A stretch of 64,000 bases of DNA from an uncultured Rickettsiales bacterium (GCA_964445765.1 CAYULD010000001.1:516537-580536); one strand, 5' to 3'; counted from the first letter of the stretch, positions 13,219-21,486 are shown. The notes: generated by a model not told the origin, from the sequence alone. Translations and numbers: made by a program.

Positions 13219-13242
13219 TCATCCAGTTATCCAATCATCTAG
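13215..13242. repeat. Right 28-bp inverted repeat of the four-helix-bundle cassette
   Basis: CCAGTCATCCAGTTATCCAATCATCTAG is the inverted partner of 12812-12839. Confidence 0.65.
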
Positions 13243-13259
13243 TAATCTGCTATCACTGA

Positions 13260-14792
13260 TTACCCAACAAAAACCTTAACAAAATCACCAATTATTTGAT
13301 GTAATTTTTTATCAGTTTCATCAGAGATTTTTTCTTCTGTTCTAATTGCCCTAAGAACATCAGCGTGTTTTGTGTGGAAGTGGCTTAATAGCTCTCTCTC
13401 AAATCTAGTAACATCTTTAATCGCAACTTTATCCAAATAACCCTTAACACCTGAGAATATAGAGATAATCTGCTCTTCAACTTGAAGTGGGGAATATTGA
13501 GGTTGCTTTAACAATTCTGTTAATCTTTGACCTCTAGCAATTAATTTTTGTGTAGTTGCATCTAAATCTGAACCAAACTGAGCAAAAGCCTCCATCTCAC
13601 GGAATTGCGCCAACTCTAATTTTGCAGTTCCTGCAACTTGTTTCATCGCCTTAATTTGTGCCGCAGAACCAACACGAGATACAGATAAACCAACATTCAC
13701 CGCAGGGCGAACACCCTTGAAGAACAAGCCGGTTTCTAAGAATATTTGACCATCAGTAATTGAAATCACATTGGTAGGAATATAAGCTGATACATCACCC
13801 GCCTGTGTTTCAATAATAGGAAGAGCTGTAAGAGAGCCAGCACCCATCTCATCACTCATTTTTGCGGCACGCTCTAGTAAGCGAGAGTGAATATAAAACA
13901 CATCACCCGGATAAGCCTCACGCCCCGGTGGACGACGAAGTAATAATGACATCTGCCTATAAGCAACCGCTTGCTTAGATAAATCATCATAAACAATAAG
14001 TGCGTGCATTCCATTATCACGGAAATATTCACCCATTGCACAACCAGTATATGCCGCCAAGAATTGCAGTGGCGCTGGATCAGAGGCTGTTGCCGCCACA
14101 ATTATTGAATATTCCAATGCACCTTCTTCTTGAAGTTTTTTTACAATTTGAGCAACTGTTGAACGCTTTTGACCAATACAAACATAAATGCAGTATAATT
14201 TCTTCTTCTCATCACTACCAGCATTAATTGGCTTTTGGTTTAAGATTGTATCAATCGCAATAGCTGTTTTACCTGTTTGTCTATCGCCAATTATAAGCTC
14301 CCTCTGCCCTCTACCGATTGGGATTAAGCCATCAATAGATTTAATACCAGTTTGAACTGGCTCATGAACTGATTTACGAGCAATAATACCGGGTGCCTTT
14401 CTTTCAACTCTATATCTTTCTGAAGTGTTAATTGGCCCTTTGCCATCAATTGGGTTACCTAAAGCATCAACTACCCTGCCAAGCAATTCTTTACCCACTG
14501 GAACATCAACAATTTTGCCAGTTCTTTTAACCGAATCACCTTCTTTAATATCTCTATCATCACCAAAAATAACGATACCTACTGAGTTTTCCTCAAGGTT
14601 TAGAGCCATTCCTAAAATGCCGTTTGAAAACTCTACAAGCTCACCCGCTTTAACTTGATCAAGCCCGTGAACGATAGCTACACCATCACCAATTTTAATA
14701 ACTTGCCCAACTTCTTTAACTTCAGCTTCCTTAGAAAAATTAACAATATTCTGCTTTATTATAGAAGAAATTTCCGCTGCTTTTATAGCCAT
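13260..14792 (-). CDS. atpA: F1 ATP synthase subunit alpha
   Basis: Walker A is GDRQTGKT; other landmarks are [37 protein letters not shown]. Confidence 0.97.
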   Translation of the reverse strand: MAIKAAEISSIIKQNIVNFSKEAEVKEVGQVIKIGDGVAIVHGLDQVKAGELVEFSNGILGMALNLEENSVGIVIFGDDRDIKEGDSVKRTGKIVDVPVGKELLGRVVDALGNPIDGKGPINTSERYRVERKAPGIIARKSVHEPVQTGIKSIDGLIPIGRGQRELIIGDRQTGKTAIAIDTILNQKPINAGSDEKKKLYCIYVCIGQKRSTVAQIVKKLQEEGALEYSIIVAATASDPAPLQFLAAYTGCAMGEYFRDNGMHALIVYDDLSKQAVAYRQMSLLLRRPPGREAYPGDVFYIHSRLLERAAKMSDEMGAGSLTALPIIETQAGDVSAYIPTNVISITDGQIFLETGLFFKGVRPAVNVGLSVSRVGSAAQIKAMKQVAGTAKLELAQFREMEAFAQFGSDLDATTQKLIARGQRLTELLKQPQYSPLQVEEQIISIFSGVKGYLDKVAIKDVTRFERELLSHFHTKHADVLRAIRTEEKISDETDKKLHQIIGDFVKVFVG

Positions 14793-14815
14793 AACACCTC
14801 TTAATTATAAAAAAA

Positions 14816-15370
14816 TTAATTACTTAAAACTTTTTTTAGCCCATTTAGCTTTTCGCTGATTGAATCATCAATTAAAGTTGAGCCAATTTGAATTTTTAGA
14901 CCACCTAAAATATTTTTATCACAAATATTTTCCGCTATAATAGTTTTATTTAATTTTTGCGAGAGAATATTTGTAATATTATTTAATAATTTTTCATCAA
15001 GCCTTTTTGCACTTGTAATAATCGCCTTAGATTTACCAGAAGATTTGTTGATTAAATCTTCAAAACTTTTAGTAATTTCACTCAACAAATTACCCCTTCT
15101 ACTTGCAATAACTAAAGATAAAAAATCCGCAAGATTTTTAGAAATATTAAGGCTAACACAAATTTCAGCTATTGTCTTAGCAATAGTTTTTTTAGATATA
15201 GCTTGATTAGTGATAAAATCAGATAATTCACAAGAAGATGCAACTGCATCATTAAATTTTTTCAATTCATTAAAAGCATTTTCAGAACTGCCATTTGCTA
15301 GGCAAATTTCAAAAAAAGCCTGAGCGTATCTTTTCGCAAGAGTTGAATTTTCTGTGATATTAGAAGCCAT
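14816..15370 (-). CDS. atpH: F1 ATP synthase subunit delta (OSCP)
   Basis: 184-aa ORF directly upstream of atpA. It starts ...AKRYAQAFFE and has a C-terminal pattern (GGLKIQIGSTLIDDSI) typical of OSCP/delta. Confidence 0.85.
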   Translation of the reverse strand: MASNITENSTLAKRYAQAFFEICLANGSSENAFNELKKFNDAVASSCELSDFITNQAISKKTIAKTIAEICVSLNISKNLADFLSLVIASRRGNLLSEITKSFEDLINKSSGKSKAIITSAKRLDEKLLNNITNILSQKLNKTIIAENICDKNILGGLKIQIGSTLIDDSISEKLNGLKKVLSN

Positions 15371-15552
15371 TTTCTAAAATTAATTTTTGGCTTCATTATC
15401 ACAATCATTTTTATGATGCAATAGAGAGTTTTAATTTTATTTTGTATTATCAAGTAAAATGAGATTATATTTTAGATTTTATTGAAAATAGAAATTTTTT
15501 TAATATAAAATTTGAACCATGAATAATATAATGCAAAAATCACTATGAGTAA

Positions 15553-15822
15553 TTAACTTGCTTGGTTTTTCTTTTTTTCTTCATTGGCGGCTTCTAGAGC
15601 ATAAACGCATAAATCTTCAAAAGAAACGCCATTTTTTTCTGAAAGAGCAAGAAGTTTTGCAAAACTTTCCATTACTTCCGCAGGAATAGTGCCACCCCTT
15701 TCAGAGGCAAGCCAATGTGCTTGATTTTGCAGTGGATGATTGCCAGCTTTGGGCATTCCGATATAAACATCAAAAGGTGCTTTCTTTCCGCCAAAGTCGC
15801 AAGGTATGGTAAATTTTTTCAT
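15553..15822 (-). CDS. Small conserved hypothetical protein (possibly DUF2610-like)
   Basis: 89-aa ORF (MKKFTIPCDFGGKKAPFDVYIGMPKAGNHPLQNQAHWLASERGGTIPAEVMESF...). The family assignment is from memory only. Confidence 0.45.
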   Translation of the reverse strand: MKKFTIPCDFGGKKAPFDVYIGMPKAGNHPLQNQAHWLASERGGTIPAEVMESFAKLLALSEKNGVSFEDLCVYALEAANEEKKKNQAS

Positions 15823-15920
15823 AAAAATAACTCCCCCTAAGTTATATAATTAAATTTTAACACTTAAAGGTTAATAATTGGTTAAATATTAATTGTATTA
15901 TTGCAACAGCACTACTAAAA

Positions 15921-16616
15921 TTATAGATTTATCAATTTAGGAATATCAATTTTTGCCTTTTGATAATCTTCAATAACTCCAATATCTACAAAATAGCCTT
16001 TTTCTGAATAATAATTAATTTCTATTTTATTACAAAATTTCATTAAAAAATCTGCTTCAAAAGAAAATTTTTCTGGCAAATCTAGCCCTAAAAACCACTC
16101 TCTTGCAATATAATAGCAACCAGAATTAATATAGCCCCTGCCCTGCTTACCCTTTTCTATAAAATTAGTAATTTTATTTTCATTAAATTCTAAACTGCCA
16201 TATCTCGCAGAGTTTTCAACCTCTCTAATTACTAGAGAAATATTTGATTTTTGTGATTTTTTTATGAATTTTTCAAAGTTAATTTCTTGAAATGAATCAC
16301 CATTCAAAACTATAAATTTTTCAGAATTAAAATTCTTAAATGCATTTTTAATTGCACCGCCAGTGCCGAGCATTTCTGATTCTTCTGCATAAGAGATTTT
16401 TACACCATTAAAATTATTGCCAAAATAGTTTATGATTTGCTCTTTTAAGAAACCAACTGAGAGGATAATTTCAGAAAATTTTTGCCCTACTAAATATTTA
16501 ATTAAATATTCAAGAAATGGCTTGCCGTTTATTTCCGCCATTGGTTTTGGCGTATTTTGGGGAAGGTAATTTGCAAGCCTTGAACCCCTGCCACCCACCA
16601 GTAAAACTGCCTTCAT
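15921..16616 (-). CDS. Sugar-phosphate nucleotidyltransferase
   Basis: Contains MKAVLLVGGRGSRL (GxGxRL signature), PKPMAEINGKPFL and GTGGAI. It abuts the fdx stop with no gap. Confidence 0.75.
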   Translation of the reverse strand: MKAVLLVGGRGSRLANYLPQNTPKPMAEINGKPFLEYLIKYLVGQKFSEIILSVGFLKEQIINYFGNNFNGVKISYAEESEMLGTGGAIKNAFKNFNSEKFIVLNGDSFQEINFEKFIKKSQKSNISLVIREVENSARYGSLEFNENKITNFIEKGKQGRGYINSGCYYIAREWFLGLDLPEKFSFEADFLMKFCNKIEINYYSEKGYFVDIGVIEDYQKAKIDIPKLINL

Positions 16617-16955
16617 TTAGTGCTTACCACTAACCATATTTCTAGTAGCTTCTGGAAGCCTAACAACTAAACCATCAAGAGAATCATTAACCATAATCTG
16701 GCAACCCAAGCGAGAAGTGTGAGTTAAGCCAAAGGCTAAATCTAGCATATCTTCTTCTTCTTCCTTAGCTTCTGGCAGGGCTTCATATCTGGATTGATCT
16801 TCAATAATAATATGGCAAGTGGAACAAGCCAAAGAGCCTTCACAAGCCCCTTCTAAAGGGATATCATTTTTATGAGCAACCTCAAGAATTGAAATTCCAT
16901 TAGGTGCATCAACCGTTTTTTCACCGCCTTGAAACTTAAAAGTAATTTTTGCCAT
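16617..16955 (-). CDS. fdx: 2Fe-2S ferredoxin of the ISC system
   Basis: Adrenodoxin-type cysteine pattern ([12 protein letters not shown]...LGCQI), located downstream of hscA. Confidence 0.9.
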   Translation of the reverse strand: MAKITFKFQGGEKTVDAPNGISILEVAHKNDIPLEGACEGSLACSTCHIIIEDQSRYEALPEAKEEEEDMLDLAFGLTHTSRLGCQIMVNDSLDGLVVRLPEATRNMVSGKH

Positions 16956-16975
16956 AATTTTGTTTTTAATAGTTA

Positions 16976-17140
16976 TAGTATTTCAAAAATATAATGTCTC
17001 CAAAATCACCACTCCAGTTTTATAAGGGGAGAGGCTGAAAGATAAATTCTTTCAGGGTGAGGGGATCGGGTTTATTAAGCCCTCACCCCAGCCCTCTCCC
17101 AGAGGGAGAGGGGGAATATCAATAAATTTTTGAAATACTA
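16976..17140. mobile_element. MITE-like structured repeat with perfect 15-bp terminal inverted repeats
   Basis: TIRs are TAGTATTTCAAAAAT (16976-16990) and ATTTTTGAAATACTA (17126-17140). The interior holds three GC-rich hairpins (CTGAAAG/CTTTCAG, GGGTGAGGG/CCCTCACCC, CCCTCTCCC-AGA-GGGAGAGGG) with no coding capacity. Confidence 0.6.
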
Positions 17141-17202
17141 AAGCAGCTAATTGTAAGAAGTTAGAATAAATAAAAACTACCATACTAACTACTAACTACC
17201 TT

Positions 17203-19032
17203 CTAACCCACTTCACCAACTTTTTTACCACCTAGATAACCTTGTAAAGCCTTACTAACCCTAGCATCAGCAAAATCAGTTGCGGTTTTATCTAGCTTAG
17301 CAATTAAGGAGTGAATTAATTCTCTATCTTCACCATCACAAGCAAGTTGCAATTCCTTAATACAATTTTCAATAGTGATTTTGTAATTTTTTTCAATTAA
17401 ATTTTCATCTTCACTTAACGCAGATTTAATTGTTTTTATAACTATATCCGCTTCAATCTTTGCTTCTAGAAGCAGCCTTTCAAATATATCCCTCTCAGCA
17501 TCCATAATACTTGCGAGGAGCATCTTTTCCATTTCCTCATAATTTAAGCCGTAAGATGGGCGAACTTCAATTTCAGCTTTGGTGCCGGTTTTTTCTTCAA
17601 TCGCTGAAACGCTAAGAATACCATCTGCATCTAATGCAAAAGTTACCTCAATAACGGCAGTGCCAGCTGGTTGTGGTGGAATATTTTTAAGATCAAAACA
17701 AGCAAGGCTTCTGCAATTTTTAGCAAGCTCCCTTTCACCTTGCAGAATATGAATTTTCATTGCGGTTTGACCATCTTCATAAGTGGTAAATTTCTGCTTT
17801 ACCCTTGCTGGAATTGGCGTATTTCTTGAAATTAAAACCTCCATTAAACCGCCATAAGTTTCAAGCCCTAGTGAAAGTGGCGTTACATCAAGCAATAAAG
17901 AATTTGAACCTTTAGTTAATGCTTCAGCTTGAATTGCCGCCCCAAGTGCCACTACTTGATCAGGGTTAATATCAGTTAATGGTTTTTTACCAGAGAGCTT
18001 TTCAACCTCTTTCTGGACAAGTGGAATTCTTGTAGAGCCACCAACCATAATAACGCCATCTAACTCAGCAGGTTTAATTCTAGCATCTTTAAGCACTGAT
18101 GAAAAAATAGAGATGGTTTTATCAATAATTGGCTTAATTATTTCTTCAAATTTAGTGCGAGTTATTTCAATTTTATTATTATCAATTTCTAAAATTGTTT
18201 TATCGCTTAGTGATAAATCTTCCTTAGCTTTTTTGAGAATATTTTTTAATTGTTGATTATTAATTGTAATATTTTTAGAATTATTCTTAACCATTTCAAC
18301 TAAAGCTAAATCAATATCATCACCACCTAAATGAGTATCACCACCAGTTGCGATAACTCTAAAAACACCCATTTGCATTTGCAAAATTGAGACATCAAAA
18401 GTGCCACCACCAAAATCATAAACCGCATAAAGCCCCTCAGATTGTTTATCTAAACCGTAAGCAAGAGCGGCGGCGGTTGGCTCATTAATAAGCCTCAAAA
18501 CTTCAAGCCCTGCGAGCTTTGCAGCATCTTTAGTTGCCTGCCTTTGTGCATCATTAAAATATGCGGGAACTGTTATAACTGCTTTATGAATATGCCTGCC
18601 AAGCACTTCATCAGCGTGATTTTTAACCGCTTTTAGAATTTCAGACGAAGCAGAAATTGGGTTAAATATTTTATCACCAAGCCTAAAATTTATAATTTTA
18701 TCTGAGGTTTCTTGAACAATTTCAATTCCATAAGCACTAAGATTTTCATCTGCCACATCTTGAATAGATTTTCCAATCAGCCTTTTAATAGAAGAAACAG
18801 ATTTTATGGTTGAAGAAGTTTTTTCACCAATATTTATAATATTTCTTTCATTTATATTTATAACCGAAGGTATAATAAAACTGCCATATTTATCGCATAT
18901 AACACTTGGCTTTTCATCAGATGAAATGGCAGCTAGAGAATTTGTAGTTCCCAGATCAATCCCGATTGCAATCCCCATTTCATTTTCGTGAGGTAACGGC
19001 GTTTGACCCGGTTCATGTATTTGTATTAACAT
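17203..19032 (-). CDS. hscA: Fe-S cluster assembly chaperone HscA (Hsp70 family)
   Basis: Contains IHEPG...[21 protein letters not shown] and VGGSTRIP. Confidence 0.95.
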   Translation of the reverse strand: MLIQIHEPGQTPLPHENEMGIAIGIDLGTTNSLAAISSDEKPSVICDKYGSFIIPSVININERNIINIGEKTSSTIKSVSSIKRLIGKSIQDVADENLSAYGIEIVQETSDKIINFRLGDKIFNPISASSEILKAVKNHADEVLGRHIHKAVITVPAYFNDAQRQATKDAAKLAGLEVLRLINEPTAAALAYGLDKQSEGLYAVYDFGGGTFDVSILQMQMGVFRVIATGGDTHLGGDDIDLALVEMVKNNSKNITINNQQLKNILKKAKEDLSLSDKTILEIDNNKIEITRTKFEEIIKPIIDKTISIFSSVLKDARIKPAELDGVIMVGGSTRIPLVQKEVEKLSGKKPLTDINPDQVVALGAAIQAEALTKGSNSLLLDVTPLSLGLETYGGLMEVLISRNTPIPARVKQKFTTYEDGQTAMKIHILQGERELAKNCRSLACFDLKNIPPQPAGTAVIEVTFALDADGILSVSAIEEKTGTKAEIEVRPSYGLNYEEMEKMLLASIMDAERDIFERLLLEAKIEADIVIKTIKSALSEDENLIEKNYKITIENCIKELQLACDGEDRELIHSLIAKLDKTATDFADARVSKALQGYLGGKKVGEVG

Positions 19033-19048
19033 TTTTTTGTAATAATTT

Positions 19049-19102
19049 TGTCATCTTGAGCAAAGCGAAAGATCTAGATTCTTCGCTTTGCTCAGAATGA
19101 CA
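19049..19102. repeat. TGTCAT...ATGACA palindromic element (hscB|hscA spacer)
   Basis: TGTCATCTTGAGCAAAGCGAAAGATCTAGATTCTTCGCTTTGCTCAGAATGACA is a near-perfect hairpin centred on AGATCTAGAT. Confidence 0.8.
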
Positions 19103-19129
19103 ACAAAGCAAATTGCAAATGGCTAACTA

Positions 19130-19612
19130 CTAACCACTAAATACTACCTTGGTTAAATACCTCAATCTAGTAACTTGCATTGAAGCGTTCTCATAGTCTG
19201 ATTTTTCAAAAAACTCTACAAAAGATTTCTTACTTTCTTCAATTTTATTTTCAACCTCTTGAAAGATTTTCTCTTTCTCTTTTTCATCCGCATCAAAAAG
19301 TTTTTCCCTAATTTCTATTTGTTCTAAAAGCAAATTTTGAGAGGGCTTAAAGCTATTATTAACCTCTTTATTAACTCTAAAACCTTTTAATTCAAGCAGA
19401 TGTTCTGCCCTTAATAAATCATCATTAAGCACTTTATAAGCCTCATTAATATCAGCACTAATTTTTACAGATTTAATTTTTTCATCTTCAGAAGAATTTA
19501 TAAATTTATCTGGGTGAAATTTTGCCTGAAGCTCCAAATATTTTTTATAAAGAGATTTTTTATCAAGGTTATAATTTTCATTCAGAGAAAATATTTGAAA
19601 GTAGTTGAGCAT
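19130..19612 (-). CDS. hscB: Fe-S cluster co-chaperone HscB (J-domain)
   Basis: J-domain with HPD (YLELQAKFHPDKF), positioned between iscA and hscA. Confidence 0.85.
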   Translation of the reverse strand: MLNYFQIFSLNENYNLDKKSLYKKYLELQAKFHPDKFINSSEDEKIKSVKISADINEAYKVLNDDLLRAEHLLELKGFRVNKEVNNSFKPSQNLLLEQIEIREKLFDADEKEKEKIFQEVENKIEESKKSFVEFFEKSDYENASMQVTRLRYLTKVVFSG

Positions 19613-19636
19613 ACTTAAATTTTAAATAACACTTAT

Positions 19637-19738
19637 TGTCATTACCCGAATTTTTGAAGTTCTAGACTTCAAAAATTATAGGGTAATCTAGAAATTTGGA
19701 TCGCCCTATAGTTTCCCTTGGAAACTCGGGCGATGACA
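19637..19738. repeat. Composite double-hairpin element bounded by TGTCAT/ATGACA
   Basis: Hairpin 1 is ATTACCCGAATTTTTGAAGT-TCTAGA-CTTCAAAAATTATAGGGTAAT. Hairpin 2 is CGCCCTATAGTTTCC-CTTG-GGAAACTCGGGCG. Termini are TGTCAT (19637) and ATGACA (19738). Confidence 0.7.
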
Positions 19739-19750
19739 GACATATTTACA

Positions 19751-20329
19751 CTAGCCGCAGCTAATTGATTTTACATTTTCCTTTTCATCAAGGTGAAAAT
19801 TTATTCTAGCTGGAGAAAAATCCATAGTATAAGGGCAATCATTACAGATAATTCTAAATGGCTCTTCAATTTTATTTAATTGAATTTCTTTTTGATTTTT
19901 GCCAATTAAATCTGCATATTTTTCTTTACCGCAAATTGTGCCATCTGGCGTTGATTCTTCTATTTTTTGATTATTTTCTTCGGTAATAACTTTTTGAGTA
20001 ATTTTTTCTTGCGGATTATTTTTTTGCTTTTTGATAATTCTTCTAGCGTTTCTATCACAATTATTAACCAGATAAATCTCAAAAATTCGCATACACATTA
20101 AATTTTGTGCTTCGCTAGAGTTTATATAAATAAAAGGCCTATCTAAAAAACTTTGACAGCCATAATTATTGAGTTTTTCAAACAAAATATTGCAGTTATT
20201 TTCATTTCTGATTTCTGCATCATTGAAGTTAAAATTATTACCCTTAAAATTTTCATTCGCTACAATGCCCTGTGCATTCGCAAACCCCGCAAAGAAAATT
20301 AATGTAAAAAATAATGATAAAATTTTCAT
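19751..20329 (-). CDS. Secreted hypothetical protein with C-terminal peptidase-inhibitor I78-like domain
   Basis: Signal peptide MKILSLFFTLIFFAGFANA. The C-terminus (CGKEKYADLIGKNQ...PFRIICNDCPYTMDFSPARINFHLDEKENVKSISCG) fits the I78 pattern (C..LvG...vRvi.P...vTmDyrpdRln...d....I..v.CG) as I recall it. Confidence 0.5.
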   Translation of the reverse strand: MKILSLFFTLIFFAGFANAQGIVANENFKGNNFNFNDAEIRNENNCNILFEKLNNYGCQSFLDRPFIYINSSEAQNLMCMRIFEIYLVNNCDRNARRIIKKQKNNPQEKITQKVITEENNQKIEESTPDGTICGKEKYADLIGKNQKEIQLNKIEEPFRIICNDCPYTMDFSPARINFHLDEKENVKSISCG

Positions 20330-20430
20330 ATGGTTTGATTAAGAATATTAATTATAATTTTTCAGAGCCTATTATAATGATATCTGTAAGATAAAACCAT
20401 TATTTTATTTGAGGATTATGAAAGTGATTG

Positions 20431-20763
20431 CTAAACATGGAAACTTTCACCGCAACCGCATTTGCCCTTTTCGTTAGGGTTGATGAATACAAACCCTGAT
20501 TTCATTTTTTCTTCAACATAATCCATTTGCGTGCCGATTAAATATAAAACCGCTTTTGGATCAATAATAACTTTAACGCCTTTATCTTCAACAACATCTT
20601 CAAATTTCTTAACATCATCAGCATATTCAACAACATATGCAAGCCCTGAGCAACCACCTTTACGAACACCAACACGAATACCTTCAGATTGCTTGCCCCT
20701 AGCCTCAAGCAAGTTCTTGATTCTATTTGCAGCATTTTCTGTAATTGTAATAGGTGCTTTCAT
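20431..20763 (-). CDS. iscA: Fe-S cluster insertion protein IscA (HesB family)
   Basis: Contains GGCSGLAY and the C-terminal CGCGESF. Confidence 0.9.
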   Translation of the reverse strand: MKAPITITENAANRIKNLLEARGKQSEGIRVGVRKGGCSGLAYVVEYADDVKKFEDVVEDKGVKVIIDPKAVLYLIGTQMDYVEEKMKSGFVFINPNEKGKCGCGESFHV

Positions 20764-20764
20764 A

Positions 20765-20872
20765 TTAGGTTTTAGGGGTTAGGTGTTAGGTGTTAGGTGC
20801 TAAGAATTAAAGAAAAATAGAAAAAAATTACTAAACCTTCCTAGAACCTAGCTCCTAGAACCTAGAACCTTA
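20765..20872. repeat. Heptad-array palindromic element (iscU|iscA spacer)
   Basis: The left arm is TAGGTTT TAGGGGT TAGGTGT TAGGTGT TAGGTGC. An A-rich loop follows, then the right arm CTAGAAC CTAGCTC CTAGAAC CTAGAAC. Confidence 0.75.
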
Positions 20873-20873
20873 A

Positions 20874-21257
20874 TTAATTCTCCTGTTTCTTTTTATAATC
20901 CTCAATGGCACTTTTTATTGCATCTTCAGCAAGCATTGAGCAGTGAATTTTAACTGGTGGCAAAGATAATTCTTGAGCAATTTGTGTATTTTTGATGGTG
21001 TAAGCATCATCAAGGCTTTTACCTTTTATCCATTCAGTTGCAAGTGATGAAGAAGCTATCGCAGAGCCACATCCAAAGGTTTTGAATTTAGCATCTCTAA
21101 TTACGCCGCTATCATCAACTTCAATTTGAAGTTTCATCACATCACCACAAGCTGGTGCACCAACTAAGCCAGTGCCAACATTTTTGCTATTTTCATCCAT
21201 ACGCCCAACATTTCTTGGGTTTTCGTAGTGATCAATTACTTTTTCGCCGTAAGCCAT
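20874..21257 (-). CDS. iscU: Fe-S cluster assembly scaffold IscU
   Basis: Contains GAPACGDVMKLQI, FKTFGCGSAIASSS and HCSMLAEDAI. Confidence 0.93.
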   Translation of the reverse strand: MAYGEKVIDHYENPRNVGRMDENSKNVGTGLVGAPACGDVMKLQIEVDDSGVIRDAKFKTFGCGSAIASSSLATEWIKGKSLDDAYTIKNTQIAQELSLPPVKIHCSMLAEDAIKSAIEDYKKKQEN

Positions 21258-21288
21258 ATATTTTTACTTGTTAATTGTATATTATTCT

Positions 21289-21414
21289 TGCCATTTCGCA
21301 CGAAGTGAGAAATCTGGTTGAAATATATTCTTTCTAGATTTCTCGCTTCGCTCAAAATGACACTAGTGGATACTCCTATAATTTTTTCTTACTGAAAAAA
21401 TTCGGGGTATGACA
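21289..21414. repeat. Two abutting palindromic elements upstream of iscU
   Basis: 21289-21362 (TGCCATTTCGCACGAAGTGAGAAATCT...AGATTTCTCGCTTCGCTCAAAATGACA) is a diverged member of the 19049 family. 21365-21414 (...CCTATAATTTTTTCTTACTGAAAAAATTCGGGGTATGACA) is an inverted homologue of hairpin 1 of the 19637 element. Confidence 0.65.
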
Positions 21415-21486
21415 CTATTTCTAATCACTATCACTAATACTTGCCACTTGCACTTGCCACTAATTATGTTAAAAGCCTTTTGCATT

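Noticed and set aside
15395-15421. Possible atpH promoter (TTGCAT ... TGTGATAAT on the minus strand)
   Set aside because: The spacing between the -35-like and -10-like hexamers is about 15 nt by my count, too short for confidence. It is left unannotated.
20765-20872. Short-period repeat arrays considered as CRISPR
   Set aside because: The period is 7 nt with no spacers. The arrays are under 40 nt per arm and form hairpins. No cas genes are in the window.
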